A stretch of DNA of 20,000 bases from an uncultured virus (IMG/VR IMGVR_UViG_3300025030_000088) (IMGVR_UViG_3300025030_000088:51571-71570), one strand, 5' to 3'. Numbered from the stretch's first letter, positions 1 to 8,167 are shown. Notes: generated by a model from the letters alone, not told the origin. Numbers and translations are program-made.

Positions 1-711
1 GAGCAGGAATATAATTGTTACGAATCTAAGGAAGACCATGCTTTAGAGATTCATGATCAAGCCAATGGAACAGATTTAACTGAGTATGAAAAATATCTTT
101 ATATTAAAAAAGATGGTTCGATTAAACGTGGTATGGAACTTGTTTCACATCCTTGTACATATAACTACCATATGAAAAATATGGGATGGCGATATATACT
201 AGATGAATGCGATACAAAAGGATATTCTAGTCATGACTCGGGCACCTGTGGGATGCATATACACATTAGCAAGTTAGCTTTTGGCGAATCAGAACACGAA
301 CAGGATTTAAATATTGCTAAACTATTATTATTTTTTGAGACTAATTGGGATAACATTAAGAAATTTTCCAGAAGGAAGAATAGTCAAATTGTAGAATACT
401 GTAACCGTTATAATAATCTATCAACAGAAGAAGAACCTGCTGAAATTTGCAAAAAAGCTAAAGCTGAAGGTAGATATTTTGCGGTTAATTTAAAAAATGA
501 TAATACTGTAGAAATTAGAATTTTCAGAGGTACGTTAAAAATTGAAACTTTTAAAGCTAGTCTACAGTTTACACATTTATTAACTGAGTTAATGCCTACC
601 ATTAGTTTACAGGATACATTAAAATTAACCTGGACAGATTTGATCCAAGTAGCAACAGAAAAAGGCTATAATGAATTTGTTACTTACTCCAAATCTAAAA
701 ACTTGGAATAA
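1..711 (+). CDS. Putative amidoligase (COOH-NH2 ligase type 2 / Amidoligase_2), 5'-partial
   Basis: Frame open from base 1 (…KKDGSIKRGMELVSHP), so ATG133 is internal. Motifs DGS..G.ELVS, TCGMHIHIS, RYFAVN and TVEIRIFRGT are typical of phage amidoligase-2 proteins. Confidence 0.8.
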   Translation, partial: EQEYNCYESKEDHALEIHDQANGTDLTEYEKYLYIKKDGSIKRGMELVSHPCTYNYHMKNMGWRYILDECDTKGYSSHDSGTCGMHIHISKLAFGESEHEQDLNIAKLLLFFETNWDNIKKFSRRKNSQIVEYCNRYNNLSTEEEPAEICKKAKAEGRYFAVNLKNDNTVEIRIFRGTLKIETFKASLQFTHLLTELMPTISLQDTLKLTWTDLIQVATEKGYNEFVTYSKSKNLE

Positions 712-866
712 TAATATAAAAATAAATATCCAGCAAAATACTTTTTCTTTGCCCATTGTCAATTTAATAAAATATCCATATATTGCCATAACAGCAGACA
801 GTGGGTAACATAAAGATATTTAACAATTATAACCATTAAAACTATAATAAATTAGGAGGAATTATA

Positions 867-1940
867 ATGACAGAAGAAAGAAATTTTCCCTATCTATGCC
901 AGTGGAACGAATCAATCAACGATGATCAACCAGTCTGTTCAATTGATCCAAACTACGCCAATGCCATAGCTGAAATCTTATCACTTCCGGAAAAAATCTC
1001 CTTGTCGATTCTCCAAAATATGTATGTAGTATTTTACCCGACAGAACAAACCTGCTCAAATCCTAGTAAATGGAATAAATTGAAATATACCCTAGATTGT
1101 TTAATTCCTATTGAATTGCAGGAAATTGACGATCAAGATAACACTAAGTATATCTTTGTAGGGTTTTTACAATTAAACCACAAAGTTATAGATACAGAGG
1201 GTAACATAATTCCATATTTAGACAGATATAATATATTAGAAATGTCAGAATTTACAGAAGATAGCACCTTTAATTTTCGCTGTCACATAACAAAAAATAG
1301 ATATTCCTACCAGGAAATCTATAACAATACATATAATTTCTTCAATAACAAAATACGTTCATATAACCAATATTATGCATTTATTGGTCATATGAATAAA
1401 CTGAATAACAGACTAGATAATAGCACCCGCGACGACTATGCGGAACAGAACAGACAAGCAGCCATAACTTCACCTCATTTAAATCTGTCAAAATATTCAT
1501 ATTCACATGGTCTGACAGCATTTAACAATGGTTCACCTTGGAATAACCTACATTATATCCAAGATACAATTAAATACAATAACAAAATAGAAATATGTTG
1601 TAGCACTCCCAACAAACCAATTGGACTTATGGGAATATATGTAAAAGGAGAAGTAATATTAGCATCTTGTACAGATATATACACTTATATACAGGATGAT
1701 GTTCACATATTTGACGATATAAACCGTTTTACTCCTGCATTCTCTTATACCCAACTTTACAAAAAACACCAGGGATATTATGGAGAAAATGCTCATAACG
1801 AAATTATCCTAATTCCTGGTGAAATAACTAGAATATGGGTGAAGGAATATGCATCTACTGAAGCTAAGGAAGATGCACAAAATATGGCAAAACAGTTAAA
1901 TGTTAGTTTGTCAGTCGTGAGTGCATGGCGAGAAGAGTAA
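867..1940 (+). CDS. Hypothetical protein, 357 aa
   Basis: Long ORF with SD AGGAGG at ~855-860; followed by terminator. Confidence 0.85.
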   Translation: MTEERNFPYLCQWNESINDDQPVCSIDPNYANAIAEILSLPEKISLSILQNMYVVFYPTEQTCSNPSKWNKLKYTLDCLIPIELQEIDDQDNTKYIFVGFLQLNHKVIDTEGNIIPYLDRYNILEMSEFTEDSTFNFRCHITKNRYSYQEIYNNTYNFFNNKIRSYNQYYAFIGHMNKLNNRLDNSTRDDYAEQNRQAAITSPHLNLSKYSYSHGLTAFNNGSPWNNLHYIQDTIKYNNKIEICCSTPNKPIGLMGIYVKGEVILASCTDIYTYIQDDVHIFDDINRFTPAFSYTQLYKKHQGYYGENAHNEIILIPGEITRIWVKEYASTEAKEDAQNMAKQLNVSLSVVSAWREE

Positions 1941-1963
1941 CAAAATAACCGGGAACTAACCAA

Positions 1964-2000
1964 AATAGTATAGTCAACAACGATATACTATTATTTTTTT
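1964..2000 (+). terminator. Intrinsic terminator
   Basis: AATAGTATA…TATACTATT stem followed by T-tract. Confidence 0.65.
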
Positions 2001-2269
2001 GCTCAAATCTCTAATCCTCTATAACAGCAACCGACATAACACTTACCTAAAATTCACCCTCACAGGACGGTCAACAAGCCACTTAAAATTTAATTAAGGT
2101 ATATTATTTCTACAATTCCTTATATCTTATCCTATAGTAATAATTAGATATAAATTCGATACAAATATAAAATACTTAGATATAATAACTATAAATATGT
2201 ATTAAATATCCTGTAAATATACTGTAAATTCTATACATAATAAAAAAATAAATATTTACTTAAAATCTA

Positions 2270-2297
2270 TTGCAATTATCTCAAAAATCTATATAAT
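2270..2297 (+). promoter_or_regulatory. sigmaA-type promoter
   Basis: TTGCAA-16 nt-TATAAT upstream of the DUF932 gene. Confidence 0.6.
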
Positions 2298-2407
2298 AGT
2301 ATTTAGCACCAAACAACAACATAATATAAATACATAAGTATTAAAACCCGTAACACCTCGTAACAATTCTTTGAAAACTAAATATAATTTATAGGAGGTC
2401 ATTCAAA

Positions 2408-3232
2408 ATGGCATTAGCAACAAGATTTGGCAAAAACAGCAACGCATTAAGGTCAAATATCCCTTTAGACAATTCACAATTATTCAGGATTGCACCCAGT
2501 ATATTCGCTAATGAGGCTCATGAATCCAGGTCTGCCAGATACACCTATATTCCTACAATTGATGTTCTTGACGGTCTCAGAAAAGAAGGATTTCAGCCAT
2601 TTTTTGTGGCACAATCCAGATCAAGAATAGAAGGTAAATCCGAATTTACTAAGCATATGCTTAGATTACGTCAAACAGGAGAAATCGAAAAAGCAGAAGC
2701 CAACGAGATTATTCTTATTAACTCACATGACGGAACATCTAGTTACCAAATGATGGCAGGTTGTTTCCGGTTCATATGTCAGAATGGTATGGTTACAGGT
2801 GACATTGTAGAGGATATACGAGTTAGACATAAAGGAAATATTGTCCACAATGTAATAGATGCAGCTTATACGATTGTAAATGATTTTGAAACAGTGACCG
2901 AAAGTATTGACGGTATGAAGTCAACATTATTGTTACCAGCGGAGCAGGAAATATTTGCCGAAGCGGCTTTATCATTGAAATACGACGAAAACGAAGCACC
3001 GATAACACCTAACCAATTATTGTCAACCAGAAGAATAGCCGATAGGAATCCAGATTTATGGTCAAATTTTAACCGGGTACAAGAAAACATTATCAGAGGC
3101 GGTTTAAGAGGCAGAACGGCAAACGGAAACCGTACAACAACCAGGGAAGTAAAATCAATCGACAATAATGTTAAACTCAATAAGGCACTCTGGATATTGG
3201 CAGACGGTATGAGACAATTAAAACAAGCATAA
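2408..3232 (+). CDS. DUF932 (DUF945) family protein
   Basis: Signature motifs APSIFA..AHESRS.RY.YIPT, GFQPF, TKHMLRLR, EIILINSHDGTSSYQM.AG.FRF.CQNG and LW..FNRVQEN.IRGG; SD AGGAGGT. Confidence 0.92.
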   Translation: MALATRFGKNSNALRSNIPLDNSQLFRIAPSIFANEAHESRSARYTYIPTIDVLDGLRKEGFQPFFVAQSRSRIEGKSEFTKHMLRLRQTGEIEKAEANEIILINSHDGTSSYQMMAGCFRFICQNGMVTGDIVEDIRVRHKGNIVHNVIDAAYTIVNDFETVTESIDGMKSTLLLPAEQEIFAEAALSLKYDENEAPITPNQLLSTRRIADRNPDLWSNFNRVQENIIRGGLRGRTANGNRTTTREVKSIDNNVKLNKALWILADGMRQLKQA

Positions 3233-3241
3233 TTAAACTTT

Positions 3242-3291
3242 AAACCCTGTTTAGTAGCTGATTAAATTCAGTAAAATTGAATAGGGTTTTT
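3242..3291 (+). terminator. Intrinsic terminator
   Basis: AAACCCTGTTTAGT…ATTGAATAGGGTTT stem (G.U pairs) plus T-tract. Confidence 0.7.
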
Positions 3292-3430
3292 ATTATGTCC
3301 TTTTCCTTTTCTAACCGGAAACAACAATAAAATAACAAAAACAACCTTAAACTTATCACTTACAATAATTATTTACCTTCCTACAATCCCCATACAACCA
3401 CTTAAAACCCTTAACACAAATTAATTATAA

Positions 3431-3457
3431 TTTATTGCTTTTATTGCTTTTATTGCT
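3431..3457. repeat. Tandem repeat (TTTATTGCT)x3
   Basis: Three exact 9-nt copies, intergenic. Confidence 0.9.
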
Positions 3458-3592
3458 TGTTAATCATATAATACTTAGATAAAACTAAATAAATATATAC
3501 TATATTGTATGTTAAATATCAATATGAAATATTAAATCTAAAAATTATATTTAATATTAACAGCTAAATACAGAGTAATAAAATAATATTCC

Positions 3593-3621
3593 TTGCAATA
3601 TCTCATTGTATTCTTTATAAT
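3593..3621 (+). promoter_or_regulatory. sigmaA-type promoter
   Basis: TTGCAA-17-TATAAT. Confidence 0.75.
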
Positions 3622-3666
3622 ATTATCAACTACATATTTTCAGATTTTTTAAGGAGGTTGAACCAA

Positions 3667-4302
3667 TTGACCAAAAAAGAATTTAAAGAATTCTGGGAAG
3701 CTAAAACCTTGGGAGAAATCAGGGGTGTATACATAGAACGATCCAGAATATGCGACAATATGAAAAATTTAATTAAAGAAGATGCTGAGAAAATAGTTAA
3801 TTTAAACGTAACATCTAAAACTTATTTGTCAAGGTTAAAGGATTGCTCAGACAGTATAAAGTATTATACTAAGTCACTTATAGAAGATTTAAAAATGCTT
3901 GAGCAGCTAAAGCCGATTCTTGATAAGAAAGAGGCTGAAGGATTGAATCAAACTGATTATGAAAAGTATATGGCAGATAATAAATGTAATATTGAATTGC
4001 TGATACTTAAAGTTAAGGAAATGGAATTAAATGCCTTAACAACATGGAAGGATAAGGACGGAAATAAAATAAGTGAGAAGGATATTATCTATACTCACGA
4101 TATTATGTTAAAAGAATTAATTTTCATGCTAAAGGATAAAATAGGGAATGTATTAGAAATAATAAGTCTAAACTATAATCCCAATAAAGGTATGGACGGA
4201 ACCATAAAAGGAGAAAAGGGAAGTGTAAACATAGATACAATACTTGCAGGAGGATATAACATTCAAAAACTACACTATAGAACATTAATTTATAAATATT
4301 AA
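3667..4302 (+). CDS. Hypothetical phage protein, ~211 aa
   Basis: ORF track starts at TTG3658, directly abutting the SD (AGGAGG 3652-3657); in-frame TTG3667 gives normal spacing. C-terminus TILAGGYNIQKLHYR. Confidence 0.8.
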   Translation: MTKKEFKEFWEAKTLGEIRGVYIERSRICDNMKNLIKEDAEKIVNLNVTSKTYLSRLKDCSDSIKYYTKSLIEDLKMLEQLKPILDKKEAEGLNQTDYEKYMADNKCNIELLILKVKEMELNALTTWKDKDGNKISEKDIIYTHDIMLKELIFMLKDKIGNVLEIISLNYNPNKGMDGTIKGEKGSVNIDTILAGGYNIQKLHYRTLIYKY

Positions 4303-4324
4303 CCCTGTAAAGGGTTTTATTTTT
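4301..4324 (+). terminator. Intrinsic terminator overlapping stop codon
   Basis: AACCCT-GTAA-AGGGTT followed by T-rich tract. Confidence 0.8.
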
Positions 4325-4382
4325 GTCTGAATTGCCATAAACAATATAAAAATAATATTCCCTATAAATTATCTAAAATCTA

Positions 4383-4411
4383 TATACAGCTAACCATAAT
4401 TATGTTATACT
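4383..4411 (+). promoter_or_regulatory. sigmaA-type extended -10 promoter
   Basis: TATACA-17-TATACT with TG at 4403-4404. Confidence 0.6.
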
Positions 4412-4455
4412 TATCTCACGGCAAACTATATTATAAATTTTAGGAGGTTTTATTG

Positions 4456-4695
4456 ATGGAAAATGTTACTTTAAATATAAACAACTTAGAGGAATTAGAA
4501 ACAATATATAATGCTTTAGGAGCTAGAAAATGTTCCTTTGAGGAAGATATAATAAAATATAAAAAACAGGGATATGATAATCAGTATCACAAGGAAGAAG
4601 CAGGAAGATGTAAGAAAATTATGAAATATCTAGAACCATTTATAAATAATGCTTATGAAGAAGAATTTAAGAAAAATAATTGCTCAGAAGGTTGA
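4456..4695 (+). CDS. Hypothetical protein, ~79 aa
   Basis: SD AGGAGG 4442-4447; ATG4456 (TTG4453 is an alternative start). Confidence 0.8.
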   Translation: MENVTLNINNLEELETIYNALGARKCSFEEDIIKYKKQGYDNQYHKEEAGRCKKIMKYLEPFINNAYEEEFKKNNCSEG

Positions 4696-4715
4696 AAAAT
4701 ACCTTCTTTTTCTTT
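4686..4715 (+). terminator. Intrinsic terminator overlapping stop codon
   Basis: AGAAGGT…ACCTTCT followed by TTTTCTTT. Confidence 0.8.
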
Positions 4716-4838
4716 GTCATTTTACACTAAAAATAATTAGATAAACCTACACATAACAACACAATATTATACACAATCCTACCTCAAATAACACCATAAA
4801 AGTATTGTTTTATATTAAGTGAATTTTATGTTTTTGTG

Positions 4839-4867
4839 TTGACATATTGAAAGAATAAGAATATAAT
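4839..4867 (+). promoter_or_regulatory. Perfect sigmaA consensus promoter
   Basis: TTGACA-17-TATAAT. Confidence 0.9.
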
Positions 4868-4909
4868 TAATTATGTTTTAAATTAAATTTACTCAGGAGG
4901 TTAAACAAT

Positions 4910-5197
4910 ATGCAAATAAACGATTTAAAGCAAATCAAAAAGGAACTAAAAACTCTAATATATAAAAACGCAGGAGAAGACCAATCTTTACATATCATGA
5001 TCTATCAAGATGAATATTTATTATTCAATGTGCAAATAGATTACCGTTTAAATAGAGAATCAATTGAAAATTGGTATCCATACGAAAATATAATAACTTT
5101 TGAAGAGGCAAATAAAAAAGCTAAACAAGTGTTAAACACCGTTAAAAAATGGTTTAATATAGAGATATGTAATAATATAGAATCATACCATATTTAA
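4910..5197 (+). CDS. Hypothetical protein, 95 aa
   Basis: SD AGGAGGT; own promoter and terminator. Confidence 0.85.
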   Translation: MQINDLKQIKKELKTLIYKNAGEDQSLHIMIYQDEYLLFNVQIDYRLNRESIENWYPYENIITFEEANKKAKQVLNTVKKWFNIEICNNIESYHI

Positions 5198-5225
5198 CTA
5201 GCATTATAATGCTAGTTTTTCTTTT
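5196..5225 (+). terminator. Intrinsic terminator
   Basis: AACTAGCATT…AATGCTAGTT followed by T-tract. Confidence 0.85.
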
Positions 5226-5232
5226 CTCTCAT

Positions 5233-5248
5233 TGTTCCACGTGGAACA
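5233..5248. promoter_or_regulatory. parS: parS site (ParB/Spo0J-binding palindrome)
   Basis: TGTTCCACGTGGAACA, a perfect 16-bp palindrome matching the chromosomal parS consensus TGTTNCACGTGAAACA (one substitution). Intergenic and 50% GC in an AT-rich region. Confidence 0.85.
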
Positions 5249-5289
5249 CAATCAAAAAATAATATCCCCAACAAATTCACTCCAAACTA

Positions 5290-5318
5290 TAGACATTTAA
5301 CGGCCAATTTGATATAAT
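5290..5318 (+). promoter_or_regulatory. sigmaA-type promoter
   Basis: TAGACA-17-TATAAT with TGn extension. Confidence 0.8.
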
Positions 5319-5380
5319 GTATTTGTTAGTACAATTCTATTTAATCTTATCTCAGTTATAATTAAAAAGGAAGTGAAATA

Positions 5381-5731
5381 ATGAATATATTAAAACTATG
5401 CTACAATCTATCAACAAAATATTTAACTGAATATCTCCCCAATATTCCAGAACTAAAAATAACAAATGCAATAACCTACAACGGTAGAGCCTACAAAAAC
5501 ATTAAAACTAACATAGTACATACAGTTGCACTGTCAAAGCATAATCTATATATTTCTCCTAGTTTTATCGAGGAAGAAGATGTAAATAATATTATAGAAA
5601 CAATTTGTCATGAATTGGCACACGTATTATATTTTGATCATAGTGAAAAACATAAAGAATTAACAGAATCATTTTATAAGATAGTTAACCTTTGTTTAAA
5701 AATAGATAATATTGATTTATTAGCTTGTTAG
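5381..5731 (+). CDS. Small HExxH zinc-metallopeptidase-like protein (SprT/WLM/YgjP-like)
   Basis: ETICHELAHVLYFDH: HExxH plus a third His. Confidence 0.7.
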   Translation: MNILKLCYNLSTKYLTEYLPNIPELKITNAITYNGRAYKNIKTNIVHTVALSKHNLYISPSFIEEEDVNNIIETICHELAHVLYFDHSEKHKELTESFYKIVNLCLKIDNIDLLAC

Positions 5732-5792
5732 TAATACATATAACCCCCTTTTTCCGGTATAAGAAAGGTAAAATAAAAGGAGGCTCCACAAA

Positions 5793-5993
5793 ATGACAAA
5801 TACAGAGTTAACACAAAAAGCCAAACAATTAAAACAAAAAATGCTTACCCTCAGAACCACTTCACGCGCAACAATAAAAGAAATCATCCTCTTACATCAA
5901 TGTAAAGAAAAGGGGAATTATGAACAAATGTATAATACAAAATTATACAATAAACATTCTAGAGAATATTGCCAATACTTAGAATTAATTTAA
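5793..5993 (+). CDS. Hypothetical protein, 66 aa
   Basis: SD AAAGGAGG; ends in terminator. Confidence 0.75.
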   Translation: MTNTELTQKAKQLKQKMLTLRTTSRATIKEIILLHQCKEKGNYEQMYNTKLYNKHSREYCQYLELI

Positions 5994-6018
5994 CCTACAT
6001 TTAGTAGGTTAAATTTTT
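5988..6018 (+). terminator. Intrinsic terminator
   Basis: ATTTAACCTAC-ATTTA-GTAGGTTAAAT followed by TTTT. Confidence 0.75.
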
Positions 6019-6246
6019 GCAAATTTATCTATAACAACATAACAGTAGCCATTAAATCAATATATTTTAACCCTATCACCTTAAAAACAACCTTCTACAA
6101 TTCTCATTAACCCTTATAAAATTATTCTAACCTGTATTATACCTATATATCCTAGAATCGGCTCATATATAGATTATTGGATAAAGTTATATATATTATT
6201 AATTATATTAATATAAATAAATTATCACAGAATAATAAAATATTTA

Positions 6247-6275
6247 TTGCATTATACGGTTATATCCTTTATAAT
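6247..6275 (+). promoter_or_regulatory. sigmaA-type promoter
   Basis: TTGCAT-17-TATAAT. Confidence 0.75.
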
Positions 6276-6320
6276 ATTAATATCAACTTAATACATAAAC
6301 TTAACAGGGAGGTCACACAA

Positions 6321-6671
6321 ATGAAACAAATTAACCAAACTGAATTATATAAACTAACCTACATACAATTTTGTAACCATTTCCTCAATACTAACAAATA
6401 TAGTAAAGCATACAAAGCTAATCCTGAGAAATGGGAAAGTAAGAAAAAAGATTTATTGCAAGATTGGGAAAATATACTTCTACAACGTGCAGAAATTGGC
6501 AGTATACCTGAGAAAGTTATCCGGTCATATGTCAACCTATTCGGAGAAAAAACTACCAGGAGAATGTTCAGGGGTACGACAGAAAAAGGTCTGCAAGAGT
6601 GGGAACAGACACAGATCAAGAAAATATACAGAGATTCAGAATTAACAAATATAAAGCAAATAATTTATTAA
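6321..6671 (+). CDS. Hypothetical protein, 116 aa
   Basis: True start is probably ATG6321 after SD GGGAGGT; the 6177 start in the ORF track would run through the promoter. Confidence 0.8.
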   Translation: MKQINQTELYKLTYIQFCNHFLNTNKYSKAYKANPEKWESKKKDLLQDWENILLQRAEIGSIPEKVIRSYVNLFGEKTTRRMFRGTTEKGLQEWEQTQIKKIYRDSELTNIKQIIY

Positions 6672-6700
6672 CCTACTTATTATAGCAGGTTTTTTATTTT
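6670..6700 (+). terminator. Intrinsic terminator
   Basis: AACCTACT…AGCAGGTT followed by T-tract. Confidence 0.7.
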
Positions 6701-6708
6701 ACATCCTA

Positions 6709-6737
6709 TTGTAATATTAATATAAATATGTTACAAT
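6709..6737 (+). promoter_or_regulatory. sigmaA-type promoter
   Basis: TTGTAA-17-TACAAT with TGn. Confidence 0.6.
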
Positions 6738-6783
6738 ATCCTCAGTACATTAAATAGTATCAAAAAAAGGAAGTGACCACATA

Positions 6784-7068
6784 ATGACACTAACCCACCA
6801 CGCAAAATTAAGAATGTCCCAGCGCATAATAACCCTCCAGGACATCTACACAACCGTTAAATGTGGCACTCCTTCCGAAGCAAAAAATAACTTAACCTGC
6901 TACACTTACGACAACATCTATGTTATACTAGATTCAACAACTCAAACAGTTATTACAGCTTGCTTTACAAAGTCCTATACCCGACAATTAGAGCAATACG
7001 CAAAACAACAAAATATAGGATTTTATACAGCAATCAAACAATTAAGGAGGTCACAAATTGTTAGCTAA
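6784..7068 (+). CDS. DUF4258-like protein (RelE/BrnT-like fold)
   Basis: N-terminal T.HA..RM.QR.IT..DI...V..G and late VITA strand are typical of DUF4258. Confidence 0.6.
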   Translation: MTLTHHAKLRMSQRIITLQDIYTTVKCGTPSEAKNNLTCYTYDNIYVILDSTTQTVITACFTKSYTRQLEQYAKQQNIGFYTAIKQLRRSQIVS

Positions 7069-7234
7069 ATATAAAAATATTATTATTCTTACTATGTCAT
7101 TTAATCCTGATCAAGTTATCGGAACTATTGCCGGAATAGAATTCAAGGCCGATATTCAGACAGATTCAAAAGGTAATCAGTATATTATAGTCAATAGAAT
7201 TAAATATTACCTTAGTCAATTTAAGGTAATATAG
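7058..7234 (+). CDS. Small hypothetical protein, 58 aa (MLAKYKNIII…SQFKVI)
   Basis: Not in ORF track; SD AAGGAGGT then TTG7058; overlaps the stop of the preceding gene. Confidence 0.7.
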   Translation: MLAKYKNIIILTMSFNPDQVIGTIAGIEFKADIQTDSKGNQYIIVNRIKYYLSQFKVI

Positions 7235-7261
7235 TAAAATTATAAGAAAGGAGCGATCATC

Positions 7262-7354
7262 TTGTCCCAAACTACATTAATTTCTCTATTCATTGCCGGG
7301 AAAATAACGGAGCCACAATTCAGAAAATTGTTAACAAAAGTAAAAAATAAATAA
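7262..7354 (+). CDS. Mini-protein, 30 aa (MSQTTLISLFIAGKITEPQFRKLLTKVKNK)
   Basis: SD AGAAAGGAG then TTG7262; ends just before a terminator. Confidence 0.55.
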   Translation: MSQTTLISLFIAGKITEPQFRKLLTKVKNK

Positions 7355-7372
7355 TCATACATAGAATTATTT

Positions 7373-7401
7373 AATACCTTGTTGTGAGGTATTTTTTATT
7401 T
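7373..7401 (+). terminator. Intrinsic terminator
   Basis: AATACCTT…GAGGTATT followed by T-tract. Confidence 0.75.
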
Positions 7402-7585
7402 TCTCACTCTCCAACATCTTCCCACATTCCCTACAAGGCCGATAAAAAAATTATACCTGTATTCGCTCTATGGGGCTGTCAGAGAGGTTATAATTGATTT
7501 AGGTTTAATGTGACCGGATTTAAGCTGATTGGAATTAAAATTTTAAAGAATTTAAAGAATCAAAAAATAAATATTCAAAATGTTA

Positions 7586-7615
7586 TTGACATACCACTCC
7601 CACCTGTGGTAGAAT
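7586..7615 (+). promoter_or_regulatory. sigmaA-type promoter
   Basis: TTGACA-18-TAGAAT with TGn. Confidence 0.8.
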
Positions 7616-7778
7616 AACTTAACTTCAAAAACGGACATAAGCAACACACCAGCAAGCTACTAGGTGAGGCGTTCCCTAGAAATGTTTTAAATGTTACTTG
7701 TCACTTAACTATTAGTCACAATGTCCCTAAACTATGTAAATAGATTTTAAATAATATGTTACATAGGAGGTATGTTTA

Positions 7779-8126
7779 ATGGCGTTTATAAAACAGAATA
7801 TTAACATAACTGGCAAGGGTTTAGTCAAGAATGAAACAAGAATTATGTATGATCCGATGCTTCAAAGGAATTTTGTCTGGAAAGATAATCAACAATCTAA
7901 TTTAATTCGTGCAATCATTTTAGATTATCCAATACCTGCCATTTACGCAAGGGATACAGGAGATAACAATTACTGGATTTTAGATGGAAGACAACGTATT
8001 ACTACAGTTCAAAAATTCATTAAAAATGAATTTGCACTATCTAAAACACTTGAAAATATCAATGATGTGGAAGTTGCAGGGAAATACTTCAAAGAATTAC
8101 CAGAAGATTTCCAAGATGAAATATAA
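7779..8126 (+). CDS. DUF262 (GmrSD N-terminal, ParB/Srx-like) domain protein, C-terminally truncated
   Basis: QRNFVW, LI.AI..DYPIP.IY and ILDGRQRITT motifs; stops before the usual F..LN..G..L end of the domain. Confidence 0.8.
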   Translation: MAFIKQNINITGKGLVKNETRIMYDPMLQRNFVWKDNQQSNLIRAIILDYPIPAIYARDTGDNNYWILDGRQRITTVQKFIKNEFALSKTLENINDVEVAGKYFKELPEDFQDEI

Positions 8127-8138
8127 GAAGGATTATAA

Positions 8139-8167
8139 TTGACAACATATTTATAATAACTTATTAT
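8139..8167 (+). promoter_or_regulatory. sigmaA-type promoter
   Basis: TTGACA-17-TATTAT. Confidence 0.65.

Noticed and set aside
3431..3457. Replication iterons
   Set aside because: Only three 9-nt units and no rep gene nearby; likely a slippage repeat.
4796..4813. ATAAAA-N6-TTTTAT inverted repeat as an operator
   Set aside because: Single clear copy made only of A/T; expected by chance at this composition.
6177..6320. N-terminal extensions in the ORF track (6177, also 8186, 8944, 16048, 3658)
   Set aside because: They overlap promoters or hairpins, or sit upstream of or abut the SD; downstream starts have proper SD spacing.
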